Source of the DNA: Candidatus Aenigmatarchaeota archaeon
GTDB taxonomy: Archaea > Aenigmatarchaeota > Aenigmatarchaeia > JACPZZ01
Direction: 5' to 3'
NCBI GenBank assembly: GCA_016180965.1
Contig: JACPAF010000001.1
Span: forward strand, 223,513-287,512
DNA: 64,000 bases
The translations under genes were made by a program, and so were the position numbers. This document shows positions 29,203-38,860 of the stretch, piece after piece. Position 1 is the stretch's first letter; every line of letters begins with the position of its first letter. The notes below the pieces were generated by a model. That model saw nothing but the letters and a program-made list of their open reading frames with translations. It searched no databases and was not told the origin of the DNA.

Positions 29203-29631
29203 ATGCCGGAACGTGAAATTAACCTTGCGCAATTTGTGATGATAGGCATTATACTCCTTGCTGTGATACTTGGAATAGTTTTCGTTTTCATTGTTCCAAA
29301 TATCAACAAAACAAAAGAGAGCGGGATGCTTGATTTTGCCTGCACGGCTTACCAGGGCGACATCGGATGCAATAACAAGGCGTGCGGTGCCGACTATACC
29401 GATGAGGGATGTGAAAAACTTTTGCGAGGCGTTTCCATGGACATCAAAAATGAAAAAATAATATTGTGGACGCAATGCGATGGCGCGGGCATAACTGAGG
29501 CCAAAAGCTGTCATTTAAGATGCTGCGGGATGGCGATAGCCGGGCGCGGCGACCCTTGCAACGATGAGACTGTCAAATGCGCGAGCGGGCTGAAATGCGA
29601 TTTGTCTACCAGATCTTGCATAGCAGCTTAG
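29203..29631 (+). CDS. Cys-rich pilin-like protein
   Basis: N-terminal hydrophobic helix and many Cys. Confidence 0.7.
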   Translation: MPEREINLAQFVMIGIILLAVILGIVFVFIVPNINKTKESGMLDFACTAYQGDIGCNNKACGADYTDEGCEKLLRGVSMDIKNEKIILWTQCDGAGITEAKSCHLRCCGMAIAGRGDPCNDETVKCASGLKCDLSTRSCIAA

Positions 29632-29654
29632 TTTATTTTACCGAAGATGAAATT

Positions 29655-29999
29655 ATGGTTGTGCGAAAAAAAGGAATGATGATTGTCGAGCTGATGGTCA
29701 TTGTGGTGTTAGCCGTAATAGTATTGGCGGTTTTAATCGGGATTATAATTTTGGGCGGGCAGCAGCCGACAAGCGATTTAGCGAAACAAACTTTAGTGCG
29801 TTCTTGTTGCCAATTAAACATGCCGTTATCCTGCAGCAACACGCAGAACGTGAATTGCATTGTTTCCAAGGAATTAGAAGCCGGTTTCGATTGCACGCCA
29901 ATCGACGGCAGCCCGTGCAAAAAAACTTTAGTGGAAATCGCCGGCAAAGTTGGCATATCTGACGTGTCTGGAGTCAAAACGTTCTGCGGGTGCGGATAA
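29655..29999 (+). CDS. Cys-rich pilin-like protein
   Basis: RKKG|MMIVE (E at +5); ends FCGCG. Confidence 0.78.
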   Translation: MVVRKKGMMIVELMVIVVLAVIVLAVLIGIIILGGQQPTSDLAKQTLVRSCCQLNMPLSCSNTQNVNCIVSKELEAGFDCTPIDGSPCKKTLVEIAGKVGISDVSGVKTFCGCG

Positions 30000-30031
30000 A
30001 ATCCAATTTAATAAGGATTTACGAATAATAT

Positions 30032-32749
30032 TTGATGTTGACAGAAATTAAACAAGTCAAATTTCATTCTGAATCGAGAAAAGGTTTTGGCGAAGATCAG
30101 GTTTTTCTCCTTGTTGGGATATTGATTTTGGTAATAACATCCTACATGATTTACATGCTGATAGGCGGACCGACGTGCGACGATTTGGCCAAACGAACTG
30201 CGAACAACATTAAAGTCGCGGTCGACTCTGTCGCGACAACGGGGACGTACACAAAAGATTCTCCGTATACTACGTATGCGATGCTGTGCCAGAACAAAGT
30301 TGGAGATCCTTTAACATTGAACCCATTCCAATATAGAGTGTTTTCTGCGCCCGAATACATGATCTACTGGGAGCATTTTCCAAACGCGCCGAACAACATT
30401 GTTGAAGGATTGTACAAATTCGATGAGAGTTATCCGTTCACTAAAAACACTGCGCAGATAATAGGGATAACATTGGCTACTTCATTTATCAGCGGTACAT
30501 TTTCGTCGTTGAAAGCTGCGAAAAACCTTGGGATTACAGATGAAGTTTTAGCTAAAACCGAAGGGACGAAGATGGGCGATGCGATCAGGCTGTTTGGAAA
30601 AACGAAAGACGCTGTAATGGCGCCTTTCACATACCCGGTGAGGGGTATTAAATATTTGCTGAGCTTGCCGGGCAAAGGCATGAAGGCCTTATACACAATT
30701 ACGGGCCTTAAGGGGATTGTTGACGACGGGGTCAAGTACATAACAAGCAAGACTGCACCCAAAATATTTGGGCACCAGGTCAGCCTCGGATTCCTGGCGT
30801 CGATGGCGGACAACGGCTTGATCGAGGCGTCGAACGTCGGGGAAGAACTGGCGGTAAATATTATCAAAGTCACCGACGACGCGACAGGCGAGGTTATTGA
30901 AAAGGCTGTTGTGCCAGTGGGCAGGAGGGCAGAACTGAAAACAGTTGTTGACGGGTTGATCGGGAGCGCAGACGATGCGGAAAAACAGGCCGGGCTGGCG
31001 CTGAAAAGATATTTCGCCTATACCGACGACGATTTTGCAAAATCCCTCGGAAGTTCGCAATCAAAGTTTGAGGATATAATACTGAAATCGGACGTTGATG
31101 ATAAAGGATTTTACGGGTTGGTCAGCGGGGCTTCAAAAGCTGCTGAAGAACAATTTGACGCGAATGCGAAAATCATGGCATCAAGGTATGGTTTATACTC
31201 GTCGCGGCCGATAACCTCGTTTTTTGAACAGAGCGGGATAACGAAGTTTTCAAACAAAATCACCGCAACGGACGTTTTCAGGAGGATGGATTTTTTTGTA
31301 ACAGACGACGCTGGTAAAGCTGTGTTGAAACCGGAAATGCTCGAGAAGATACAGAGCAGTTTCAAGGAATTGAAAATACAAACGCAGCTTACCGACCCGG
31401 ATAAAATTACTGACGCGACGGGGCGCTTTTTCACGAGCAGCGAATCCATAGTTGCGGGCGCGGAAACGGATACGGCCATGCTGTCGTACGCGGAAACTTT
31501 TTTGAAGAACGCAAAGGACGGGCCGGCCACCGGAATAAAATTGGACGCGTTGGAACATTTCTTCAAAGGGACAGCATCGGACGATGAGATAGCCAGCATA
31601 TCCAGCAAATTTTCTACCGGATATTTGCAGGAAATGAAAGATGCTGGAGTAAGCCAGGAAATCATAGATTCCGCTTCCAAAAAACTTTCCACCGCTAATT
31701 ACGGCAGGAGGCTGTTGAGGGACTATTCTTCGGAATTGAAGCTTGCCCAGGGCGTTACTGTTGATACCAATGAAGTTTACGAGATTGCAAAGCTTTCCGC
31801 GGCATGGAAGCGCGAACCGGAGCAGTTAGCTTTGATGGCGGATGAAAAGTATACTTTCATACCTTATGCAATTTATGAAAAAATTGGAGGATGGAGCCCG
31901 AAAGCCACAAGCAAATTCATAAAAGTCAATATCGAATCGTACGGTTTGAATGAGATGGAAAACAATTTGAAATACCTTTATCTTAAATCTCCGAATGCCG
32001 GATGCGAATCAAACACGGTCTGTTTAAACCAGAAGGGGGTTGAACAAAAAAAATCCGACGTTTCCGAGGATCAGGTGAAGGATTATGAGACGATGTATGC
32101 TGTCTCGAAAAATGTCATGGTGCGCTTGGATCGAGGTGGTTTTACGTCCCCTATAGGAGCGGGAATAGGCGCTTTCTCTTTTGACAAGGAACCGCGGTTT
32201 CATTTGGTGTCGCCATGCCTTGCGAAATTAAGCGTTTACGAGGACGCTGACAATCCTACTGACGGCGAGACCGGAAGACCGCTGGTGAAAGTCAATGTTG
32301 ATCCGTGCCCTGTTACAGGCCATTCAAACTATTGTTATTTCCCAACAAGCAAATTCAACGAAATGGCCGCAGGTTTTTACGGTTCGTTAGCATGTTCCAT
32401 TGTCGCTGACATAGGGAAAGCCGCCCTGTTCGGTTTTGTTTTACAGCCAGCGTGTTCTGGAATACAAATTAAAACCGAATACGATACTACTTGGCCTTTC
32501 TCGCCTTTCCAGCCTTTGAAAAGCGCGGATATGAACGTATTGAATTGCGAAATACAAAAAAATCCGAAGGATGCGGCGAAATTAATGGTGACGGCGTGCT
32601 GCGGACTTGCGAAATGCGACGGCAGTTATGTATGCTCTGGAAATAATTACGCGGACAAGAACCAGGCAATTTGCGGAAAGGACAAGTGCACAATGGGAGA
32701 TTTGTCCAAAATGTCCGGGCTGGATTACAAATCCGCGTGCGGATGCTGA
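30032..32749 (+). CDS. Giant 905-aa pilin-like protein
   Basis: RKG|FGEDQ plus hydrophobic helix; Cys-free helical middle; Cys-rich C-terminus ending CGC. Confidence 0.75.
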   Translation: MMLTEIKQVKFHSESRKGFGEDQVFLLVGILILVITSYMIYMLIGGPTCDDLAKRTANNIKVAVDSVATTGTYTKDSPYTTYAMLCQNKVGDPLTLNPFQYRVFSAPEYMIYWEHFPNAPNNIVEGLYKFDESYPFTKNTAQIIGITLATSFISGTFSSLKAAKNLGITDEVLAKTEGTKMGDAIRLFGKTKDAVMAPFTYPVRGIKYLLSLPGKGMKALYTITGLKGIVDDGVKYITSKTAPKIFGHQVSLGFLASMADNGLIEASNVGEELAVNIIKVTDDATGEVIEKAVVPVGRRAELKTVVDGLIGSADDAEKQAGLALKRYFAYTDDDFAKSLGSSQSKFEDIILKSDVDDKGFYGLVSGASKAAEEQFDANAKIMASRYGLYSSRPITSFFEQSGITKFSNKITATDVFRRMDFFVTDDAGKAVLKPEMLEKIQSSFKELKIQTQLTDPDKITDATGRFFTSSESIVAGAETDTAMLSYAETFLKNAKDGPATGIKLDALEHFFKGTASDDEIASISSKFSTGYLQEMKDAGVSQEIIDSASKKLSTANYGRRLLRDYSSELKLAQGVTVDTNEVYEIAKLSAAWKREPEQLALMADEKYTFIPYAIYEKIGGWSPKATSKFIKVNIESYGLNEMENNLKYLYLKSPNAGCESNTVCLNQKGVEQKKSDVSEDQVKDYETMYAVSKNVMVRLDRGGFTSPIGAGIGAFSFDKEPRFHLVSPCLAKLSVYEDADNPTDGETGRPLVKVNVDPCPVTGHSNYCYFPTSKFNEMAAGFYGSLACSIVADIGKAALFGFVLQPACSGIQIKTEYDTTWPFSPFQPLKSADMNVLNCEIQKNPKDAAKLMVTACCGLAKCDGSYVCSGNNYADKNQAICGKDKCTMGDLSKMSGLDYKSACGC

Positions 32750-33225
32750 ATAAAATGAAAGGAATCATAATAGTAAGGGATTTCATCATTTTTCTTTCAG
32801 AGCTTGGAATATTACTGTTAAGCATACTTTTCATAACAACAGCGGGCGCAGCCATGGGCGAGTTTGTTTTTAATTTTGATTCGCGGCTTGCTTCAGAGAC
32901 TTTATTCGGGTTCCATACGGCTGCCGACATGGCTCCGAGCTATGAGGCGAGTTTTATAATGGCTTCAAACCCGTACACAATGAAAATATCCAAAGACGGA
33001 AATGATAATTTTATTTTCATAAACTCCACCAGGGAACTCTTTAACTTAGCCCACACGGCGCAGGTAAAAATATTGCCACCCAGAAAACTTTTCCTTGTAA
33101 ACTCCGGACCGAATGAAATAATATTGATAGAAAAAAAAATGGACGAAAAACACAACTGGCTGATTGGTGTGAAGAAAACCGACGGTAAAACCGTGACTTT
33201 GGTGAACGAGCAAGAGGTGAAATGA
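32743..33225 (+). CDS. Pilin-like protein
   Basis: KMKG|III signal and hydrophobic helix. Confidence 0.7.
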   Translation: MLNKMKGIIIVRDFIIFLSELGILLLSILFITTAGAAMGEFVFNFDSRLASETLFGFHTAADMAPSYEASFIMASNPYTMKISKDGNDNFIFINSTRELFNLAHTAQVKILPPRKLFLVNSGPNEIILIEKKMDEKHNWLIGVKKTDGKTVTLVNEQEVK

Positions 33226-33665
33226 TGTCTACGTTCATGGCTGAAAATTTACTTAAAATCGTTGCGCTGGTTGTCAGCATATTGGGCATACTAGCCACAT
33301 TAGTCCAATTCCAATCGTTCAGTTTGGAGATACACGGCAAGCAGGTTGACAGGGAGTATTTAATTTTTTCACAATACATGGCTGGTGCGCCTTTCCTTAC
33401 GTACGATAAACCGGATTACAGGAAAGGGGTTTTAGACGCCGACAAATTGAACGCATTGGACAACGGCTCCTTCGCGCAAAAATTCAGCTTCGCCGACCTG
33501 ACAAAATATCTTATCATCATAGCAACGGATTCTAGTACGTGGATTTTCGGGGACGATTCAATACTGAAAGAAAAAAACAGGGTGTGGGCGCATCCGGTTG
33601 CGGTAAAGATGTCAGATACCATAATACCTGGTACGATGAAAGTTTATGTGCCGAAGGCTGGTTGA
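33222..33665 (+). CDS. N-terminally anchored pilin-like protein
   Basis: N-terminal hydrophobic helix; translationally coupled to neighbours. Confidence 0.65.
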   Translation: MMSTFMAENLLKIVALVVSILGILATLVQFQSFSLEIHGKQVDREYLIFSQYMAGAPFLTYDKPDYRKGVLDADKLNALDNGSFAQKFSFADLTKYLIIIATDSSTWIFGDDSILKEKNRVWAHPVAVKMSDTIIPGTMKVYVPKAG

Positions 33666-33666
33666 A

Positions 33667-34242
33667 ATGAATAACCTTTTTAGAAAAAAGCTTAACCAAA
33701 AAATGAAAGGAGACGTGTGGTACGTTTCGACTTTCTTTTTTCTCGTTTCGCTCTTTTCCGTAACAATGATAATGCTGTTTTCAATGAGCATCGCGCGTCT
33801 GATTGTCGGAAATTTGATAGATTACACGGTCCACGTGAGCTTTTTGGATTTTTCCCTGAACACGGAAAACGCTTTGTTGTCGGGGATGGAAATTAAAATG
33901 GACCCGAACGACACTTCGATGAAGACCATATTATCAAATGCCGCGTTCCAATGGAGCGGGGATCCTGGTTGGGATAAAAATGTTTTTGCGGGCGGAAAAA
34001 TGTACGATGCGGCCCAGCGTTCAAAGGACATCTTTGATAAATTGGTGCAGGGGCCGTACATTTTTGAATTGCGAAAGCAATTCGATGCGTCCGACGCGAG
34101 AAGGATAATATTTGCCGAGCGTAATGCGGAGTCGATTAAAAGCGATCCGGAAGTTGCTGAGATGGAATTTTATTTGCCGTATCCGGCGTGCGGCGGTTGC
34201 AGTAAAATTGCAGTTTACAGACTGTATTCAACGGTGAAATAA
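33667..34242 (+). CDS. Pilin-like protein
   Basis: KMKG|DVW then hydrophobic helix. Confidence 0.7.
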   Translation: MNNLFRKKLNQKMKGDVWYVSTFFFLVSLFSVTMIMLFSMSIARLIVGNLIDYTVHVSFLDFSLNTENALLSGMEIKMDPNDTSMKTILSNAAFQWSGDPGWDKNVFAGGKMYDAAQRSKDIFDKLVQGPYIFELRKQFDASDARRIIFAERNAESIKSDPEVAEMEFYLPYPACGGCSKIAVYRLYSTVK

Positions 34243-35562
34243 ATGAGGGGAAGCATTTACACGTTCATGGGAAGCATCGTGATGGTTATGATAGGCGTAG
34301 GGATAATCTGGTGGTTTAGGTCTGTTGTTCCTTCGGAAGCTTTCATAGTTTCTGAAAGGCACAGGGAAAGTTTTTCCGCGTTGAATTATCTGGAGCTGTC
34401 AAGAAAATCCATGGAAGAAGCAATTATGATTTATGCGCAGACCGGCGCGACGAAAGCCGGCTCAGCGGGCGGGCTGGATGCTACAGCCCAGCAGAAGGAT
34501 AAAATTGCGATATGGAAAAATGCGCCCGACGCGACGACGATAAAGGACACGCTGCAAAGATACATAGTGGACGAGATTGCGATTTTGCAGCAACATGAGA
34601 TCAAAGGCAAATTCCTGGCAATTGATTACGGAAGTTTGAACATTCAGATCAATCCTGACAGCGATGACTTTTCTAAATCTGAAAAGTTTTATGTGAAAGG
34701 CGAGAAGGAAATAAAAGTTTCCAAGAACCTGCAGACGCAGGCCATAAAAATCTCAACAAGCTTGAAGGGCTACATAGACGACGAGATTAAATTAAAATAT
34801 TTCGCGCTATACGACGCGGCGAAAAAGTTTTTCGAGGGCGGAGAGCCCGTTAACAGGATAAACAGCGCATTTAACGGCGTTAACACGGTTGGGAGCAAAA
34901 CGAATAGTGCCTGTCCGTCTGCCAGCGTTGGATGCGTAAGCAAGGCATGCCCTGTTTTCACGACAACATTCCCGACGCCGCCGGAGGTTTTGAACGAGAA
35001 AACAGACTTTTCCAAACTGCTTGTCAAAGCGGGCGGTATAACAGGAGCAATCGCAGGCGCACCATTTTCGTTATTCAATGCCAAGTTTGAAAACTATGCA
35101 TCAGCGTTCTTGGCTGGCTACGGGTCATCAGACATAACACAACCAACAGGCAGTTGCGGCTTTTCATGCACTTACCTGGAACCGAACCCTTGCAAAACAA
35201 CAGTGCCTGATTGCGCGCCTGCGGCAGACTCGGACAGCCCACCAGTTTGCACCCCAAAATGCGTACCCGGTTTTGATACTATAACTTTATCGTGTTCGGC
35301 AGAGACTAAAACAACAACTATAGCTTTCACATTCCTCGCCGACGCGTATGAAAAATATTCTTCCGAAGACCCGTCAGGGATTGTTCCGTCGACGAGTATC
35401 CATGACGTCGCTGTTGTCTCAAAACCATTACCTTACGATACGCTCAAGTTTAATTTCATGACCCACAGCTGTACGACGATAGATAAAAACGCGGTTGTTA
35501 CGGAGCTAAAGGATAATATTGAATCATGCCAATTGCCTCCGAGCGTTACGAATCATGTTTAG
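34243..35562 (+). CDS. Large pilin-like protein with Cys/Pro/Thr-rich C-terminal region
   Basis: MRG|SIY signal and hydrophobic helix. Confidence 0.72.
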   Translation: MRGSIYTFMGSIVMVMIGVGIIWWFRSVVPSEAFIVSERHRESFSALNYLELSRKSMEEAIMIYAQTGATKAGSAGGLDATAQQKDKIAIWKNAPDATTIKDTLQRYIVDEIAILQQHEIKGKFLAIDYGSLNIQINPDSDDFSKSEKFYVKGEKEIKVSKNLQTQAIKISTSLKGYIDDEIKLKYFALYDAAKKFFEGGEPVNRINSAFNGVNTVGSKTNSACPSASVGCVSKACPVFTTTFPTPPEVLNEKTDFSKLLVKAGGITGAIAGAPFSLFNAKFENYASAFLAGYGSSDITQPTGSCGFSCTYLEPNPCKTTVPDCAPAADSDSPPVCTPKCVPGFDTITLSCSAETKTTTIAFTFLADAYEKYSSEDPSGIVPSTSIHDVAVVSKPLPYDTLKFNFMTHSCTTIDKNAVVTELKDNIESCQLPPSVTNHV

Positions 35563-35615
35563 AGTGAAACCAATGTATTTAAGCCAATTCGAGGAAATAG
35601 ATAATAAGGTCAAAA

Positions 35616-35915
35616 ATGAAGCGCAAGGGTATCTCTTTACCAATAGACATGCTCGTTATCTTGGCGATAGCTGTCATTATTCTAATTGCTGTTGTGGCTG
35701 TTTTCATGGGCGTATGGAGTCCTTTTGCGACGAACCAACAGGCAAGGGCGAATTTCAACAAAGAATGCCAGGTTTTAGTTAATACGGGCTGTACGCAAAC
35801 TCCTTCGCTGGCGTTATGCAAAGCGGCTAATGGGATTGTTTTGAACAAAGAAACTTGCGATAGTGATCCAGACAGACTTGCGGTCAAGAAAGGATGCGGC
35901 TGCCCGGGATTGTGA
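35616..35915 (+). CDS. Small Cys-rich pilin (candidate major pilin)
   Basis: KRKG|ISLPIDML; ends GCGCPGL; duplicate of the next gene. Confidence 0.82.
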   Translation: MKRKGISLPIDMLVILAIAVIILIAVVAVFMGVWSPFATNQQARANFNKECQVLVNTGCTQTPSLALCKAANGIVLNKETCDSDPDRLAVKKGCGCPGL

Positions 35916-35919
35916 TCTT

Positions 35920-36315
35920 ATGGTTAAAAGAAAAGGTATTTCGCTCCCAATTGATATGTTAGTTGTTTTGGCAATCGCTGTCATAATTTTAATCGCGATC
36001 GTTGCCGTTTTCATGGGTGTCTGGAATCCATTTTCGACGAACCAGCAATCACGGGCGAATTTCAACAAGGCTTGCCAGATATTAGTCAACACCGGCTGCG
36101 CAGGAGATCCGTCAGTGGATTTGTGCAAAGCTGCGAATGGAATTGTTTTGAATAAGGACACTTGCGATAGTGATCCGGATAAACTTGCGGTTAAAGTCGG
36201 GTGCGGCTGTCCGGGCGTTTCCGGAACAACGGCAACTGCTCCGCCGGCTGGTGACAGTGGTTCTCCAGGCGCACCGGGTCCGGGAGATGTGGGTGACAGC
36301 GGGCCTTCTAGATAA
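35920..36315 (+). CDS. Small Cys-rich pilin with G/P/S tail
   Basis: KRKG|ISLPIDML; GCGCPG followed by a low-complexity tail. Confidence 0.82.
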   Translation: MVKRKGISLPIDMLVVLAIAVIILIAIVAVFMGVWNPFSTNQQSRANFNKACQILVNTGCAGDPSVDLCKAANGIVLNKDTCDSDPDKLAVKVGCGCPGVSGTTATAPPAGDSGSPGAPGPGDVGDSGPSR

Positions 36316-36370
36316 TGGATTTTAAATGTTTAGAATGTTGAATTAGGTTGTTGATTAAGGGTAATTGAAA

Positions 36371-37561
36371 ATGAAAACTCCTACAGTTAAAACAAGTTTA
36401 TTCGTTCTAAGTTCAATTTTTGTGATGTTTTTATTTTCTTTTCTTGCTTATTCCGGCGCGGGTGTTGGCAGTTCCATGGTTGCGGATGTAAGTTTTACAG
36501 CAGATGAAACTTCGCAACAAAAACAGGCCGCAGATTCATTCAACGCACTACAAAAATACAAGCCCGACCAGCAGGTTTTGATAAAAGTTAGAGGTTCTGT
36601 GGTCGGCTCGGGCAGCATATGGTATATGGGCGTCGGTTTGGTAAAAACAGGCGATGATAAATTTGTTTACAAATATTGGGTATCACCAAGCGGTGGCGCA
36701 GTTGATACTTCTTCGGCCGTTACGCCAGAAGCTTTGGCTAAATGCCCGGGCGATGGAAAAGATTGTACGATGACCATAAAATTACCCGGCACGGCTTCAC
36801 AATATGCCGGGATGGAAGTAATACCATTTTTAAGCGGTTTCCTAGACGGGAAACAAACATCGAATGCGCAATTTGGAAGCTATTATGTAATACGTGTCCA
36901 GGGCGCGGTTGTTGATCTTGGAAAACTCGGGATAACGGTTCCAAATGAAAAACCTACGGTTACAGTTAAAGCAGAGAGAAATGCGATATACACAGATGAA
37001 AAGGTGAAGATTATGGTCGAGGCGAAAGCGTCTGACGGGGATATCAGGTCCATATCCGTGGATGTGCCCACTCAGGCCAATTCGAAGCAAATTTACGATT
37101 GCAACAATAAAGAAAGAAGTTTGTGCAAACATGATTTTTTAGTTCCTCTAAAATCTGTGGGTGATTTAACTGTGATGGCAAAGGCTGTTGATTTGAGAGA
37201 TTCTGAATCCGACTCAAACGGTGTTACAATATCGGTCCAGAACAGGGTCAGCGTAGTGGAAGGATTTAACACTTTTGTGGTTGGAGGAAGCAGTTCTGAC
37301 GGAGCCTTGTTCAGGTCTTGGTTATCCATGAAACAGGACGAAAATAAGAGGACGTTCGGCACAACAGACGTTTATTTGTGGGAGATTCCCGGTGCCACAC
37401 AATGTGGCTGGGAGCAAAGCACGTTTGCAGCTCTCGGGTCCAATTTTGTCTGGAAAAGAATAGATATGCTATACAAGTTAAATTCAGATGATAAGGCGCT
37501 TGCGGTTTATTGCGTGAAAAGTAAATATGTTTATTCAGGTTCTGGCGACGAGGATTATTAA
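36371..37561 (+). CDS. Secreted beta-rich (Ig-like) protein
   Basis: N-terminal signal or anchor; NEKPTVTV...SDGDI...AKAVD Ig/PKD-like pattern. Confidence 0.65.
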   Translation: MKTPTVKTSLFVLSSIFVMFLFSFLAYSGAGVGSSMVADVSFTADETSQQKQAADSFNALQKYKPDQQVLIKVRGSVVGSGSIWYMGVGLVKTGDDKFVYKYWVSPSGGAVDTSSAVTPEALAKCPGDGKDCTMTIKLPGTASQYAGMEVIPFLSGFLDGKQTSNAQFGSYYVIRVQGAVVDLGKLGITVPNEKPTVTVKAERNAIYTDEKVKIMVEAKASDGDIRSISVDVPTQANSKQIYDCNNKERSLCKHDFLVPLKSVGDLTVMAKAVDLRDSESDSNGVTISVQNRVSVVEGFNTFVVGGSSSDGALFRSWLSMKQDENKRTFGTTDVYLWEIPGATQCGWEQSTFAALGSNFVWKRIDMLYKLNSDDKALAVYCVKSKYVYSGSGDEDY

Positions 37562-37634
37562 GACAATTTATAGGAATAATTTTCCGCAAGGAGTTTTTAT
37601 TCTTGGAATTAACTATTGTCCGTTTGTTAAATAT

Positions 37635-38807
37635 TCAGAGAATTAATTTCATCATATTCTGATATTTTTTTGTTTTTAGCGCGGATTTCTCGTCGTATTT
37701 TTTCGTATCCGAAGATTTTATCCCGTCGCCGCAAATTACGAACGGGACTGGTTCTATGGAGTGCTCATAACCTTTTGACAGCGAATTGGAATAATGGTCG
37801 CTTGTTACTGCTACGATAACATTGTTCAGGTCTATGTTGTCTAATAATTTTCTAACAACCATTTTATCGAAACGCTCGATAAATGCGGTTTTCTCGTCGC
37901 GTTTTTTGTCGTGCGACAGGGTGTCGAAAGCGTTAACGTGCAATAGGACGAAATCGTATTTGTTCAGCGCCTCAAGCGTTGCGTCGGTTTTGCTGTTTAA
38001 ATCCGTGTCTTCGAGACTTGTAGCGTCGGGTGGCCTGATGAAGTCCATGCTTAGGAATTTGGCTATTCCGGTTAACGTGCTGTGCGCCCCGATCACGCAA
38101 GCCTTTTTGTTGTAGCGCTGTTCGAAGCTTTGGGTTTTCGTCGGATGGCCGACGTTCCTTATCAGAATTGTGTTGGCGGGAATTTTCCTTTTCTTGTTTA
38201 TCAGGTGTTCATCGAGGATTTTTGTAGCCTTCCTTAAAAATTTGTTCAAAGCGCTCGCGGTTATTTTTCCTTTCGGAGTTTTTGGTGTTATCTGGCTCAC
38301 AGCTACGTTTGTTTTTTTCGGGTCGTTGCCTGTGATGTTCCAGGATAATGGTTTTCCTTCTAAATGATGCATGACGATAATTAATCTGTGTCCGAGAGCG
38401 CGTGTTGCGTTGAACCTGATATTGTCGATTTCTATGTTGTCTATGGATTTAACCAATTCTTTTAAACCAGTTTCGTCTCTTCCAGCGCGGCGATCTACTA
38501 ACATCCCTTCACGGTTTAAAGTTGCGAAATTTGCGCGGAAGCACACATCGCCTTTGAGAATTTCCATGTCTGTGCTTAACGCCTCGATGTAGCCGCGGCC
38601 AGGATAGGATTCGTCATAACAGCCGAGAATTTTTAAAACGCCTTCATCCGTGTCTGCGGTTTTTTTATATTTCAGGTCCAATTGTCCTACGAAACCGTTT
38701 TGTGCAAGAAAATCCAAGCCTGGGTGATAAGCTGTGTATAATGGCGTGTTGCCTTCGCTGTCCGGAGAGTCGGGCATGCCGTCGCAGATTATGAGCAGGG
38801 TTTTCAT
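37635..38807 (-). CDS. apgM: 2,3-bisphosphoglycerate-independent phosphoglycerate mutase (archaeal type)
   Basis: DGMPD, TPL, GRGYIEA, FRANFAT, DRRAGR, DTLSHD, TSDH. Confidence 0.88.
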   Translation of the reverse strand: MKTLLIICDGMPDSPDSEGNTPLYTAYHPGLDFLAQNGFVGQLDLKYKKTADTDEGVLKILGCYDESYPGRGYIEALSTDMEILKGDVCFRANFATLNREGMLVDRRAGRDETGLKELVKSIDNIEIDNIRFNATRALGHRLIIVMHHLEGKPLSWNITGNDPKKTNVAVSQITPKTPKGKITASALNKFLRKATKILDEHLINKKRKIPANTILIRNVGHPTKTQSFEQRYNKKACVIGAHSTLTGIAKFLSMDFIRPPDATSLEDTDLNSKTDATLEALNKYDFVLLHVNAFDTLSHDKKRDEKTAFIERFDKMVVRKLLDNIDLNNVIVAVTSDHYSNSLSKGYEHSIEPVPFVICGDGIKSSDTKKYDEKSALKTKKYQNMMKLIL

Positions 38808-38860
38808 ATGACCTTTTAATAAAAGGTCAATCAAAAAGATAAGCGTATTAAAGCCTGGGG

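Noticed and set aside
21278-37561. Archaellum operon
   Set aside because: No recognisable archaellin, ArlF/G/H or chemotaxis genes in this locus
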